Shown here: positions 48,208 through 61,422 of the stretch, piece after piece
How the letters are laid out: each line of letters begins with the position of its first letter
How positions within the stretch are numbered: position 1 is the stretch's first letter
Origin: Entomortierella parvispora E1425
Lineage: Eukaryota > Fungi > Mortierellomycota
Direction: 5' to 3'
Assembly (NCBI GenBank): GCA_020891255.1
Contig: BQFW01000011.1
Location: forward strand, 1,612,001-1,676,000
Length of the DNA: 64,000 nt
Made by a program: the position numbers and the translations under genes
The notes under the pieces: generated by a model
The model's input: the letters and a program-made list of their open reading frames with translations, nothing else
Databases searched by the model: none
Told to the model about the DNA's origin: nothing

Positions 48208-48657
48208 TCATTACTAACCGCGTGAAATCCAGAGAAAACTGAAATCAGTGCGATTGGTTGAGCAAGCACAAAGCAGGAAAGGCAACAAGCAACACACACA
48301 CAAAAAAGAGAAAAAAGAATGAGAGAACAAGAAACAATCACGTTAAATAACTAGGCATGGCCCGACCATGCCACCCCAGCTAAAAAAAAAAAAACCTCAA
48401 CAGGAGTGGTTGCGCAAACGGAATGTGTGCGCTGATGAATTTTGGACCAGTGATCGGGTGTAACATGTAACTGGAACTGCAAAATGTCGCGTGGGGTGAG
48501 TATTTCATTCAGAAGATCCAGGATGAGTAGCGTCGAAGAGAATGTGATGGAAAGCGATGGCTGCGAAGACTTGGACAAAGACAGCTCAAGTAGTTTTTGA
48601 TAGTTGTGAACTTTTTTTTTTCTTTTTAATTATTTCACTCTGTTGAAGTAAAGACAT

Positions 48658-50451
48658 CTACAGCTCTTCTTTGGCAGCGGCGGGTGTGGCGTGGAAGGAA
48701 GTAAGGATGTTCTGGCGGATAACGAGGTCGTCGAGCTGGTTGCTGCTCACCGTGCCAGACTTGATGAGCTTGCTCAAGCGAGCAGACTCGTTGAGGGCAA
48801 AGTCGGGGGTATCCAAGGCTTTCTGGAAGATGCGGCCATAGTGGCGTGCGTTCTTGTCAGAGTCCATCAGATGAGCGGCCAAATTAGCGCCCTGCTCCGA
48901 AAGAATGCGACGTTCCTCTGGATCGGTGGCCTTTGTGAACTTGACAGCGATCTCATCCAGCTTGACATTGCGACCAACCTCGCTTCGGAGGAGACCACCA
49001 GCAGCGCGTTGAGTTCCGACCTTGTTGTTGATAAAGTTCAAAAAGTCATCCTCTTGGCGACCTCCTTCGTACTCGGACACGGTGCCGTCCTTGCTGAAGT
49101 ACTTGATGGTGGGGTAACCCGTGACACCGTATTCTTCTGCGACACGCGTCTCAGTCGTGGCATCAACCTTGGCGATGGTAATCTATTCATTTTTTTGGTT
49201 GGGTTAAAGAGACATTGAGGTCAAATGTGAGTGAGATGTTGGGCCCTAAATGGGGCTGGAGCAATATCAATGGACAAATTGCATCAAGTGGCCATCAGAA
49301 CGTACATCCTTCTCCTTCAAAAAGTCAGCAGCAACCTTCTCGTATGTGGGCGCTATTGAGTGAGCGAATAGTGAATGTCAAAACAGCAGATTTAGTAAGT
49401 GTACAGGGATCATTCACGAACAAGAGACGGGTTTTCTTGCTAGATACTTTTTACTCACCAAGGTTCTTGCAGTGACCACACCAGGGAGCGTAGAACTCGA
49501 CCAAATAGTGCTTGCCACTCTTCTTGACCTTTTCCTCAAAGTTGGAATCGGTCAAGACTTCGACAGCCGAGATGACCTTCTTGTGTGAAGACCGGACTCC
49601 TACACAAACAAAACAAAGGAAAAAAAAAAAGAAAAAAAAAAAACACAGCAACGCACGTTTTAGAAAAGCTCTCTCTCGCACTCATACTTCTCTCCTCAGA
49701 TGTATCTCTTACCAGACTTCTTGGTCACGAACTCGGTGAGAGATTCGAGATCACGCCCACCAGAGTAGTCTTCGGGAGCACTGGCCACGCCATTCGGGAA
49801 CCACTTGATGGTGGGGAAACCTTGAACGCCGTAGCGACCGCCAAGAGCCTTGTGCTCATCTGCATCCACCTTGGCGATAATGACCTGATCCTTCTTGGTA
49901 CTGAAAGCATCTCCAAGTTGATCATATACCTATTACACGAACACCATCAAAACAAAAGGCGTTGAGAAACCAAGAATATTGCCAGGATGGGATTAAAAAA
50001 AAAAGGAAGACTGGGGGAAATGTGGCAGCAGTATGATCCATGCGACTTACAGGAGCAAGGTTCTAAAAAATCATGATTTGGACAGGAGAAGAACAACTGT
50101 TAGCTGCCTGTTTCGAGACTTGACAGAATCCATGAATCTCGGTCTTCTCTTCGTTCCTCTCTATCTTCATCTACCTTGCAGTGTCCGCACCAAGGAGCGT
50201 AGAACTCGACAAGGGCTGGCTTTGATCCCAAGACCTAATTATGTTAAAGATTCGATGTTTGTTCAGATCTCGATTATTACACCGTCGATTTGTTTCGTGT
50301 CGTAGACAGATGCATGTCGCTTTCATTTCCTCCAAAAACATACCCCATCAAAGGTATCTGGTGTCAAGGCGTGGACATTGTCGCCGAGAACGGTAGCAGC
50401 AAATGATAGGAATGAAGCAATGGCTCCGAGAACAAAGTTCTTTCTCAACAT
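48658..50451 (-). CDS. Protein disulfide isomerase, ERp38/TigA type (two thioredoxin domains plus an ERp29-like C-terminal domain)
   Basis: Signal peptide [47 protein letters not shown], helical tail [13 protein letters not shown] and ER-retention-like KEEL*. Confidence 0.92.
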
Positions 50452-50992
50452 TTTGTTGTGCTTTCAATTGAAGGAATGTGGGACAACGGGTGTACGGGGT
50501 GACGAACAAGGAAAGGCGTGAACAAGAGCAGGGGGGTGTTGAAGAGAAAGAGAGAAAAAAAAAGAGGAGGGAGATTCCGAAAGATGAAATGGGGTGGGAT
50601 TATAGGGTGAAGATCCCTCCAGGGAGGTCAATGCTGGACCAGATCGAACTTTTTCATTGTTTGTGGCCATATTATTTAAGGAGGCATTTCTGTCTGCTCG
50701 AGGGGTGGAAATCCCAACTTCCTTTGGGATGGCCCCTAACTCTGTGAGAAAAAGGAAGGGCACGAAGTGGCAGACTTAGCGATGGTGATGATCCTTTGTT
50801 GGAAGACGCGAACAGTAGCCAGTACCATATAGCCGCAAATCCAAGGAAAGGGGGCTAGTCTTTGGCAATGTCGATTAGTAACGCACAGCAAGCGATGGTA
50901 AGGTAATATACAAAGGATTTTAATGGTCTTCAGAATGCGAACGCGTTTCTTGATTCTATTTGGGAGTCGCTCGTATTTCAAGACTGAGCTCC

Positions 50993-52111
50993 TTACTATG
51001 TTTTTTTTTTATCAGATGTGAAGATGAAAAGTTTGTGTTAATTTCGCGCCACCAATTGACAAACTGGAATGTCATGTCTCGTGTCTCCACATCCTTATTT
51101 ACCTTCTTGGCTGCCTTACGACCCCTGGTCACTGTAGCAGGCTCAGGCTTTGCCCGAGTGCGTCGACCAGCGGCTGCTCCTGTTGCTGAACTGGTCCTTG
51201 GGCTTGGCGTCTCGTTCACATCTGACTTCTTAATAGCTCGAGACGTCCGCTTTTTCCTCGGTGCTAATAAAGATTCAGATGATTCGCCCAAATTTCAGAA
51301 CAAAATCCCAATAAAAAAACAGCATTCAGTTGCCAGGTCATGATGACAGCCTTACCATCATCCTCGGGAGAAGATGCCCGACTTGACTCAGCAATAGATG
51401 GCGTTTGGGACGCCGCCCTTGTTGTCCTCATAGGTGAAGGCGATGGGTTCCTGGATGTCTCTCTAACCACCTCTCGCACATGGTCGTCGAAATCGTGCAG
51501 TGGTAATACAAACTCCTCGCTGTGCTTGAAACTAATGGCATCTGGGTCTCCGTCCTCCTCTTCTTCCTCCTCTTCCTCTTCCTCTCCAACAAACATGGCA
51601 GAGTCCTCCTAGAATAGTGGAAAACGATGGATTGTTCCAAGACAAAAGGGATAGGATATTAGCTGATTTTGTTCCTGACGCATGGGATTCCCTGTATTCT
51701 GCTCCTTTCCCGATGCAGGGTGACTGGACCTACCCTTTCGTCTAATGTTGACAGGTCATAGAGAGTCCCGAGTTTCTCCCAAAGTTCTGTTATTGTGCAG
51801 GGTGTGGGTGAACACTTGTTGAAATATCTATGGAGGTTGATCATGCGGAAGTGTTTGTGCATCCCTAATATACATTCAATCACACCGAAAGAAGGGTCAG
51901 CCTGCGGGTCTGTTTGTCTGTTTGTCTGTTTGTAGAGTAATTGTCATCCCAGTTTCTCTAGCATGTCCTGATTTCCTTCCTGCTTTCGTTTCGTACCCAC
52001 TGGTTTGAATTTAATAGCGGCGTAACAGAGAGCCATCTCCATGGTCTCGTCCCAGACATTCGCGCCCTCCGCCATCTCCTCGTCGCCGGAATGTGTTGAC
52101 TCTGTTGGCAT
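50993..52111 (-). CDS. EAF7: NuA4 subunit Eaf7/MRGBP
   Basis: WDETMEMALCYAAIKFKPVG|MHKHFRMINL...ELWEKLGTLYDLSTLDER and EEFVLP, followed by an acidic/basic tail. An alternative in-frame ATG lies at 52135. Confidence 0.9.
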
Positions 52112-52211
52112 TGTTGAAGCAGGTGAAGAGCGCATGCATCAGCAGCATCTACCACGGTTTTATCTTGGATTAAAACGCAGTCACATATTTTTCTTTATTT
52201 CGACTTGCGCG

Positions 52212-54700
52212 TTACTCCCACCCCATACCTTGCCGCCTTTCTTCTTTCCACCGCGCTATCCACTCCGTCATGGCATGGCGACCCTTCTCGCTGCCAACAC
52301 CAACAGTGGGGATCACCTTGTGTATATTCAGCGATCGGACGAATCCAGCGAGCTCATTAAAACTCGAATGTTCACTGTATGGAACTGGGTATATCTTGAT
52401 GGTCGACGACGTGAAACTCGGTTTTAACACAAGTGAAGAACTCGGAGGGGAGGGTGCATCCAGTGCACTACTGTCTGCAGAGGTCATAATTTTAGATCCG
52501 GTAAATGTCCACCCTGTTGGCCTGATGGCGATCAATCGCGTAAAAGTCGGTGACAATGTGTCCAGATAGTCCTGAAGTCCAGCTTGATTCATGTCCTGGC
52601 CCATATGCATCAAGTGTACCTGTGCCTCAAATCGATTGCTTGTGAGCATGTCCATGAGCTCTGGATCCTCTAGACAAGACAGAATTTCCATTTTTGAAGA
52701 CTGGACAAACACTTTGCTCCCCATGGCCTTGGCAATGGCCATCCAAACGCGCTCTTTCCCGATGAGATAGGTTCCGACACAAATCACAATCTTGCTTTTT
52801 TGTTCCGGCTCTTGCCATTTCTCTTTCGCTTTCGAGGCCTGCGAGGACTTTATCGACAGTGATAGAAGTTTCTCTGCGTTTCCAGACTCCTTCTTGAGCC
52901 AGCGCTCCATGATGTTGAACTTCTTTTGAACCACTGGCTTGGGAGGCTCTGGTACTGGCGAATCATCTTCGAATGGAACTCCTACTTCTCCACAAACTAG
53001 GCGAGTTGTCTCTCGAATAACGACATTCTGCGGCGGAAATGTATATCTTGGATTGCTGTAGGTTGTATCCAGATACAAAATATCGATGGGAATATTTGGG
53101 GGTTGAGCCAGAATTGGGTCGACAGACATTCCTGGATTTGCTCGAAAATCCCCTGTATGAAGATAGCGTCGCTTTGGATGCTCAAGATCAAAGATGAAAA
53201 GGACTGACCCTGGACAATGGTTGGCATCCATGAGTCGAACAGTGACTCCCTGAACGACTGTTGGCTCGTACATGGGTAGTCTCCTGATGTATTTTTCATC
53301 GACACGTAGCCGACTATGAACAAGATTAGCAGTGATGCTGGAGCAATAGATGGGTCCATGGTTCCATGTCGACGTCAATCCTCCATAGTGATCCGAATGA
53401 AAATGCGTAAGAAAATATGCCTCACATCCTTCGATGGCTCCATAACAGAAGGCGTCAACGGTGAAACTAGTGTCTATATCAGTGAAGCGAATATGTAAGC
53501 ATGCTATGTCTACATCCTGTAACCTGCCTCTCAACACTTGAGCTGTATTTACCTGGCATCTTCTTATAAAAAGGACATGGTCTTGATGACTTGGTTCTGG
53601 GCTGCCACTCAGTCTTTTTTGGCACAACCTGGTTCACAGGCAATAGATTTGTGGAATTGTCGTCACGCACAATGGATGACAACCTGGATACCACTGATTC
53701 TATAGTCCCAACGATGGCCGAGAAGGTGCTTCCTGCTGCAGAATTCTGTTCGATTATTGGCTGCTGTTCCTGCACTGGGGGTGGATTGTCTAGGCAGTCA
53801 TTTACATGAGCGTCTGGGGTCTGTTGTCGCCGAGAAACGTTGTTGATTAGTTGGTTGCCTAACCAGCGTTTGTTGGGCAAGATGCACTGCAGCCCACAGA
53901 TAGTCAGGGAGTACACCACATACCGTAATGGTGAGTGTGCTCAAATCCACTCCACAGATCGGGCACGCATTATCCGGGACGACGACATTTTGCACATCTC
54001 CAAAGTCGTCTTTGAAGTCTTCCCATCCCTCAATCTCATCAATAGAAGGAAAAACATCTACATCTTGGAAGTCGGTATCCTGATCCTCATTGCAATCAGG
54101 GTCAAGGTTGCTAAAACTAATTGTACTTTGGACTTGGCAAGCCTCCATTATGACAGTCGTAGGACATTCAGCTTGTCGAGAAGACCCGTCATCCTGTGTT
54201 GTTGAGCTCTTGGCGTTCGACTCACTCGATAGATTCGCCGACTGAAAGTATGCCTCTGTTTGACAAAGCCCATCTTCCCTTTCTTGTGTAATGAAAGCGG
54301 CATCCGTCGCTTGAAGACAATCCTTCTCGTCCTCAAGAGTTGTCTGGGGTGCTTTCTCGCAGGGTGATGAGCTGTTGGTGGTCTCGGTACTCGTTTCCGG
54401 ACTCTGGTCGGGTGGAGAGGGTGGTAGATTATGCCTGTCTGTGATTGATACATGAATATGTCCGTCGCTATCGCTTTGGTTGCTATTGCTGCTGCTGATG
54501 TTGTTGTTGTTGTCAGGGGAGGATCTTGCAGAGAGAGGTCGGCAAAGGGACCGACGGGGAGGGGGTTCTGGTTTTGGTTTCTTTAGATTGGGACCAGCAG
54601 GGGGTTGAGAGTGATCGACCAGGAGCACATGCTTGCGCGAGCTGTCAATGAAGTCGTCGTTGCTAATTCTGCTACTTTGTGGGCCACTTGTCCTGTTCAT
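52212..54700 (-). CDS. PSO2: DNA cross-link repair nuclease Pso2/SNM1A (metallo-beta-lactamase plus beta-CASP) with a UBZ-like zinc finger
   Basis: CPFYKKMPG|..FTVDAFCYG, YFLTHFHSDHYGGL, DANHCPGS, LHTGDFRA, LYLDTTY, VPYSEHSSFNEL and CPICGVDL...AHVNDCLD. The start codon is uncertain. Confidence 0.93.
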
Positions 54701-55134
54701 GTGATTGTGTGCAGGTTATACGACTGAAGTGGAGAGGTGCGGACAGAAGAGACAAGACGATTAAGCCATGTTGTTCGGGGGTAGGGTTGAGCAATGCAGT
54801 TGAACCTCGACTGACTGCCAGAAAACGAACAATGGCCAAAGAATCCTTTTTGGCGGCCGTTGCCACCAAAAGGTGCCATGTGACTATTTTTGTTGCCAAC
54901 GGAGCTTGGCCACCATGCCTACTTTCATATCGCAAAGATACCAGTTCCCCCCACCCAAAAAGCATCACGAACACAGTCCACAGCAACCAACCTTTGTGTT
55001 CTTTTGTTTATTAGAAACTATCACCGTCCATCGTCACCATAGATCCGCCTTGGTCCACAAGGCACGAACTGAAGCAGACTCAACGTGAACGAGGCAGGTA
55101 ACGTATTCCCACGATTTTATTCATTTACACGGGT

Positions 55135-57048
55135 TCAACTGTATTCAAAGCGAGAAACACCCGATCGGATCTTATATCCGTTATAAAAATCTTTGGCAGA
55201 GACTCTCTTCTTGCCCTCAAACTGGAGGGCCGAAATACCTAGCAACGACCCATTGGCACAGCTAACATGGAAGCTCTCTGTTGGCTTATGATAAAAAATC
55301 GTTCCTGGTGTGGATCCTAGTGTGGCCACTGATTGGCTGTCTTCGAGGACATACTCTGACGCTGGCAATGCCTTGTCAATTGTGAAAAGGTCGAACAGTG
55401 AAACAGAGAGATGCTTGTCCGTGTCCTGTACTTTCCAGAGAGTCGACATTGGGTACTATCAAAATGAAAGTCAAGGGAAGAAGAGTTACGAGTTACACGA
55501 GAGATCTTGGCCGATCCGATCTGCTTTATCGAGATTAGACCTACTCTGAATCCATTTGCACGGTATAAACGTTCAGCTCGCGGAGCATCCCATGTGTTCC
55601 ATTGAATCTTGCATGCTTCTCGACTGATTTTGTTGGCTTTGGTTACCAAGGCCGGATCCTGCGTTTTTGCATCTCGCTATTTTGCAACATATTCATCGTT
55701 AATACATACCGGCCGTTGCCAAAATGTATCGAGCAGTGTTTGACCGCGGTCTTTGCCATGACCGACTTACCCTTCTCTCATCGAAGTTGTTTACAACGTC
55801 TACGACCAATTCGCCTCCTTTCTTTGCAAGTAATGACTCTAGCGACCGATAGGTTGGGTTCTCGGGCATGTTCTATTGGTATGATCCAGCGTCGTACTTT
55901 GTGTCAGATATAAGTTTGTGTTTTCCGGTGTATGCTCATAGGTTCGTGAACTTACCACTTCTGCCTGCGCCAGAATTTTTCCCGCATCAAACTCGTTTGG
56001 ATCAAGCAACTGAACCGTGACTCCAGTGACCTTGTCCTGGTTCATAATCGCACGTTGAAGAGGGGCCGATCCACGGTATCTTGTTTTGCAAGAGTTCAAA
56101 AGTAGAAGAAAAAAAGCTGTTATCAGTATCTAGTGATCATTTCTCTCTTGGATTAGGCCAACAAACTCCTCGCAATAGCTACCTTGGCAATAAGGATGGG
56201 TGGACATTGATCCCAGCCTTTTTGAATCGAGTAATAACATTATCAGGCAGGAACCATCCGAACGAAACAACCACACCAAAGTCCCATGCAGCCACATCCT
56301 TGTCCTCTGGGAACGTCCAAGCGTCAAAGCCTCCCTTACGATCCGGCGAAGGGTAAGTTTTGAGATTGTTTTGCTTTGCAAGCAATGTCAGCGGAGCTAT
56401 TTGGAAAGTCAATGATTTCATGTGGGAAAAAAAATCGTGAGTGTTGGGAGATCCATTATCGAAGAGACGTGATAAAGAATCAAATGTACAGTCATTACAG
56501 TCTTCTGCGTCCCGCTTCGACTTTTTTGTGCGTTCCTTTGGCGAGACCACGTCGATTCTTTCAATGATCGATCCAGGTTTCTCTACAAGAGAACGAGGAT
56601 ATGTGTTAAGTTGCGTTGTACTTTTTGCCTTTTTTTTCCATAGCTGAAATAGCCAATAGCATGGCAACAGTCAGGTCTACTGCCGATAGCGAATATTATT
56701 AATAATAGATAGATACCTTTCTCTGCCAATAAAGCTTCCAGGTGAGGGACAGAGAATGAGTCGCTTCCAAAAAATAGAATTTTGATCTTTTTTTGGTCCT
56801 GGCTCTGCGTTTGTTCTTGAGAACGCGTTGTTGATACACTAAAGGATCGATCGACTTGCTGCAAAAGCGCGATCCGCAAATAATATAGGTCGTCAATTTT
56901 GTGCTTTGGATTGGACGATGGTACGCTGGAGGTTGCGCAAGGAGCTCAATATTCGTTCCTTCGTACATTCACGTTTCTGCATCCAAATGAGATGGTCCCT
57001 GAGTGCATGCGAACAAATCCCAAGTGAGCTCTTAGTGGACGTTGACAT
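55135..57048 (-). CDS. FMT1: Mitochondrial methionyl-tRNA formyltransferase
   Basis: KILFFGSDSFSV, DFGVVVSFGWFLP, GINVHPSLLPR|YRGSAPLQRAIMNQDKVTGVTVQ, FDAGKILAQ and LQFEGKK. The 5' exon boundaries are approximate. Confidence 0.92.
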
Positions 57049-57564
57049 GCCATGGACATGACTCTGCCGGCGTAGTTGTTCCATGTCCGCATGGAGAGCG
57101 AGTGCGACATGGTGATGATTGTCTAGAATGCAGAAAGAGAATGGAGATCAGACTTCGTGTGCTCGGGACACATGGTGGTGGCTTTTATGATTTATCGCGA
57201 TTAAATTTATTAGTGAGAATATTTATTAATAATAAATTTTTAATATTTATCAGGGTGTCGTCTGTCAGCCCTGGCGCGTGTTCCAATCCAGCCAGCGAAC
57301 CCGGGGAGCCAGTTGGTCTTGGCAATTGGAGGTACCCATGTACATACGATACACTCTCTCCACTGCTCCTACCTTTTTCAATGCACCCACGCTCAACTTG
57401 CCAGTCTTTTCTCTTGTCCATCCCCATACCTCTTTTGTTTACAGGTAAAGGTCCTTTCTCGGCCCTGCTTGCGACATATAACTACTGCTCTAACGATAAT
57501 CTTACATTCTCTCCTCTTTTCACCACCCCTAGTCCAAACACAACAACACCAAAGCCCCACCACC

Positions 57565-57975
57565 ATGTCCGACCACAACTCCTCAATCTCCAACGTGGAT
57601 AATTCAAGCAGCATCGCCTCCAACGATCTGAACCTGGTACCCGCTTTGCAGACTGACCGACCACGGTTCCGCATCGGCGGGTTCCAGGGCACGCTTCCCA
57701 CCGGCAACATTTTGCCTCCTGCACCTTCTTCGCCCTCCGTTCCCAACACGACTCCAGCCGTCGGTGACGTGGATGTCGTAGAAGAGAACAAAGAGAAGCG
57801 ATCCGATGAAGAAGAGGCAGAGCTTGATGCGCAGGAGGCTGAAGATGCCAAGATTCGAGCTCAGCGTCGAAAGCAGCTTCAGGAATTGGCCGACAGTGGA
57901 GAGCTTGACTTTATGAACAATGTGCGCCCTGGCAAGGTTTACACGCTGCCCGTGGTCAAGCCCAAGCTGTTGTAG
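57565..57975 (+). CDS. Small hypothetical protein, 136 aa, intronless, with a charged coiled-coil-like C-terminal half
   Basis: Good Kozak context (caccATG), coding-like codon usage, position divergent from FMT1, no recognisable motif. Confidence 0.7.
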   Translation: MSDHNSSISNVDNSSSIASNDLNLVPALQTDRPRFRIGGFQGTLPTGNILPPAPSSPSVPNTTPAVGDVDVVEENKEKRSDEEEAELDAQEAEDAKIRAQRRKQLQELADSGELDFMNNVRPGKVYTLPVVKPKLL

Positions 57976-58812
57976 ATGCTCGGCGGTGGAATGACTCGTT
58001 CAAACTCGTGTACATAAAAAACGTCTCTGTTTCGCTCTCCTTGTCAAGTTACGTGTGAATGCCGTCCAGACATAGATGAAGGTGATGGAGGCTGAGTGAG
58101 TGATTAAGAGAGGGACCAAGTGAGTGAATATATGAAGAGAGTTGGCAAGGGCGGGTAGAGCGAGTGCAGCAAGCAAGCAAGCAAACCAGCACGAGCGACC
58201 CGCAAAGAGAGCGTTGTTTCCCCTCCCTCCTCTCCTCTCCTCGTCCTCCTTCGTGCCCCCTTCTTCCGTGCGCTCTTCCACTGTCTGTCCGTGTGTGTTC
58301 GAATTGAATTGTGCTCTCAATTAGAAAAAAAGAAAAAAAAGTCGAGTGAGTGGGTGGGTGGGTGGACAGAGAGGCAGATAGGCAGACGGACAGGTAGACC
58401 GACAGGTGGACGGACAGACGTGTGTGGTGTCTGATTGATGATATGAGTGAGATTGCGTGTGGACCCACAGGAAGGTCAAGGACTCTCCACTCGTCGTCGT
58501 CCTTGGAGGACCACCGCGACGAGACCCTGCCCCTATCATACCCGTCCTTTTCTTTTTTGTTCATTCTCTCTTTTCTTCCGTTGATTCATCACTTCTTCTT
58601 CCTTCTCCTCTCATCCTCACCCTGTCCCACCGATCTTTCACCTGAACGTTTTTTTTTTCACGAAACAAAAAGAGCTCGAGCGACTCCTCCTTTTCCTGCA
58701 ACAAGATCTCCCCCCCTTCCCTTCAAGACTCGCCACGTCCCCCAACACGGTTTACTCTATTCCAAACCCCTCTTCCTTTTCGAAAAAGACCCTCTCCGCC
58801 GACATAAACACG

Positions 58813-61126
58813 ATGATGGACCCCCAACTGATTGAGCATTTACGCGTCGATGATCCCATGGAGGAGCCAGAGCTGAATCTCGACAACATTCCGATCAGCT
58901 CGATCCAGGTTCTTCTTGAGCCACCAACAAGTCTCCCTGGAGGGGACGACGACGACAGTTTCTACTCGCCCTTGGACCACTTCCAGAACCTGGTCAAGTT
59001 GACAATGACAAACTCCCAGTGCCAGTCCTTGGAAGGGTTTCCACATCTGCCATTGTTGCGAACGGTAAGTGGGGATATTATTGTGTTTTTTTTAATACTT
59101 CGTTTTTGTTGAGGGCGTAAGAGAGGGAAAAAAAAGGGTTGAGAGAAAAGGGAAGATTTGGTTGGTGGCCTTTGAGAACTCAAACAAAGGGCACGACTGA
59201 ACAAAAAAAATCAGAGGGAAGGGAAAAGGGCAGGGGAGGAAAGGGGAAGGGGCTCTTTCGGAGTCTTGTCTTGTTGCGAAGGCAAAGAACGCGAATGATT
59301 CACGTCTGTTTATCCTCCCTTTGCGCTGCTCATTTTTCACTTTTTTTTTTTTCGGTTCCTCGTCCGCGTGGGGCAAACATTTAGAAACAACCCAGTTGAC
59401 CAAGCAAATCATTTTCTCCCTTCTCAAATAGCTGCTGTTGGCCGATAACGAGCTGTCGACCGGGTTCGAGGCTCTGGCCGAGGCGGACCTGCAGACCCTT
59501 GTGCGATTGGATCTGACCGCCAACAAAATTTCAGACCTGTCAGTTCTGAGGCCGTTGGTATGAATGAACGGAAAACGAGCCAGCTTTTTGCTCAAAACAA
59601 GGCAGAGGAAAGTAAAGTGGGCGAACAAGTCTACTGACATGAGTAATATTCTTTTGATCATTTATTCTTTAGAACTCTCTTGAAAATCTTCAGTACCTTT
59701 ACTTGGCCGAGAATGAGGTCGCAGACAAGGAGGGCTATCGCGACGAAGTCTTTGATATCCTCCCACAGCTGGTCACAGTGGATGGACTCGACAGGTAACG
59801 AAACAAAAACTGACGACAACAAAAGACCCTTTGGGCGATTCCCTCCGCAATGGAACTCAAAGACTGACAAAGAACGACGCAATTGTACACACAACCAACC
59901 TTTTCTTACTGGTTTTTTTTCTCGTGTGTATTTAGAGATGGAACCGAGGTTGCCGAGCAGCGGGATAATATTGTGCCAACTAATGAAGAGGCTGAGTACT
60001 CTGAGGTGAGTACAGCTGTGGATTTTTTTTTGTTCTCTCTTTGCCTCTTCACTTGAAAATGGACCAGATGTCGGGTTCGAGATCCATATTACTCACAGCT
60101 TTATGGTCTCCTTCAACTGAACAAAATACAGGGAAGCGAGGGCGAATACGATGATGAAGGTCGTCCTCAAGTCCATGGAGGAAAGTACCCCAGCCACGAG
60201 TATCAAGGTGGCGAAGAAGAGGACGAGGAAGAGTACGACGAAGAGGATGATGATGAATATGAGGCCGGTCCACCAGCACATCATCCTCAGTCACACCACA
60301 ACAATGACGACGAAAGCGAGGATATCGGAAGCGAGGAGGAAGAGGAGGAAGACTATGATGAAGAAGAGGTAAAAAAAATTCGTTTTCCCCTTATGGAGCG
60401 ATGCAACTGAAGCGACTTTATCGCTCATAATGTTCTAACCGACCGCCCCTCTGTCGCTTTTTTGTTGTCTTTTAGCGCTATGACTCCAACAGCGACTCTG
60501 ATAAAGAAAACAGGCCACTCATGAGCGGAAAGACAACGGGTCCTTCGAATACAGCTGCAGATGAAGAGGATGATGACGAGCTGGAGGAGGAGGAAGACGA
60601 AGATGATGAGGAAGAAGACCACCAGCAACAGCAACAACATTCACATCATCAAGAGGTCGGCTCAGACTCTGGAGAAGAGGACGAGGAGGACGATGATTTG
60701 GAGGAGGAGGAAGACGAGGATGAAGAGGAAGAGGAGGAAGAGGAGGAGGGTCCCGGTCTGGCCTACCTTCTTACAGAGGATATCCCCAGCGAGAACGATG
60801 ACGAGTTTGAGCCAGGCAACGAGGTCGAGGAGGAAAGCGAAATTGAGAGTTCAGATGAGGATGAGTTTGGTTCCTCTTCCAAAGCCTCAGCAGGCCCAAC
60901 CCTGTCCTCCAGCAACACAAACGGCCACCCCCCAAAGAGACCACGGTCACCAGCACTGGAGGATACAGTCGCTTTTGATCATGGCCCCGCAGATGTGATC
61001 GATGGCTCAAACACTGGATTCGATGTTGACGGCGAAGACGCCAATGGCTTTGGCATGGCTTCCTTTGACGGACCTGCGACGTTTGATGAAGAGTCTGGAC
61101 ACGATTCCAAACGCCCACGCACGTAA
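58813..61126 (+). CDS. ANP32-like acidic leucine-rich nuclear phosphoprotein
   Basis: LRRs (SLEGFPHLPLLRT|LLLADNELS, LVRLDLTANKISDLSVLRPL), LRR cap YRDEVFDILPQLVTVDG, long D/E tail and terminal basic NLS-like SKRPRT*. Confidence 0.85.
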
Positions 61127-61422
61127 CCGCAAGAAAAGTCCCTGCCCATTGCCACTACCATCCTCCTTTGTTCTAGTGCCATACCCCCCCCCCCCCATAT
61201 TACTACAACAGCTCTGTGTTTTCTGATCCAACTATTGAAAAATCATTTCAGACCCTGCTAGACCGAAGACGAAGAAGAAAGAAAAAAACCAAAAAATCGA
61301 TGTTTGAGTATCGTTTATTCTATCATAACGGTTAATGAATGGGGGTGGGGTGATCATGGATATGTATGGAAAGATGGACGTGTGTGCTGTCAAAGACAAG
61401 ATGAATGAGAGGAGATGAAAAT

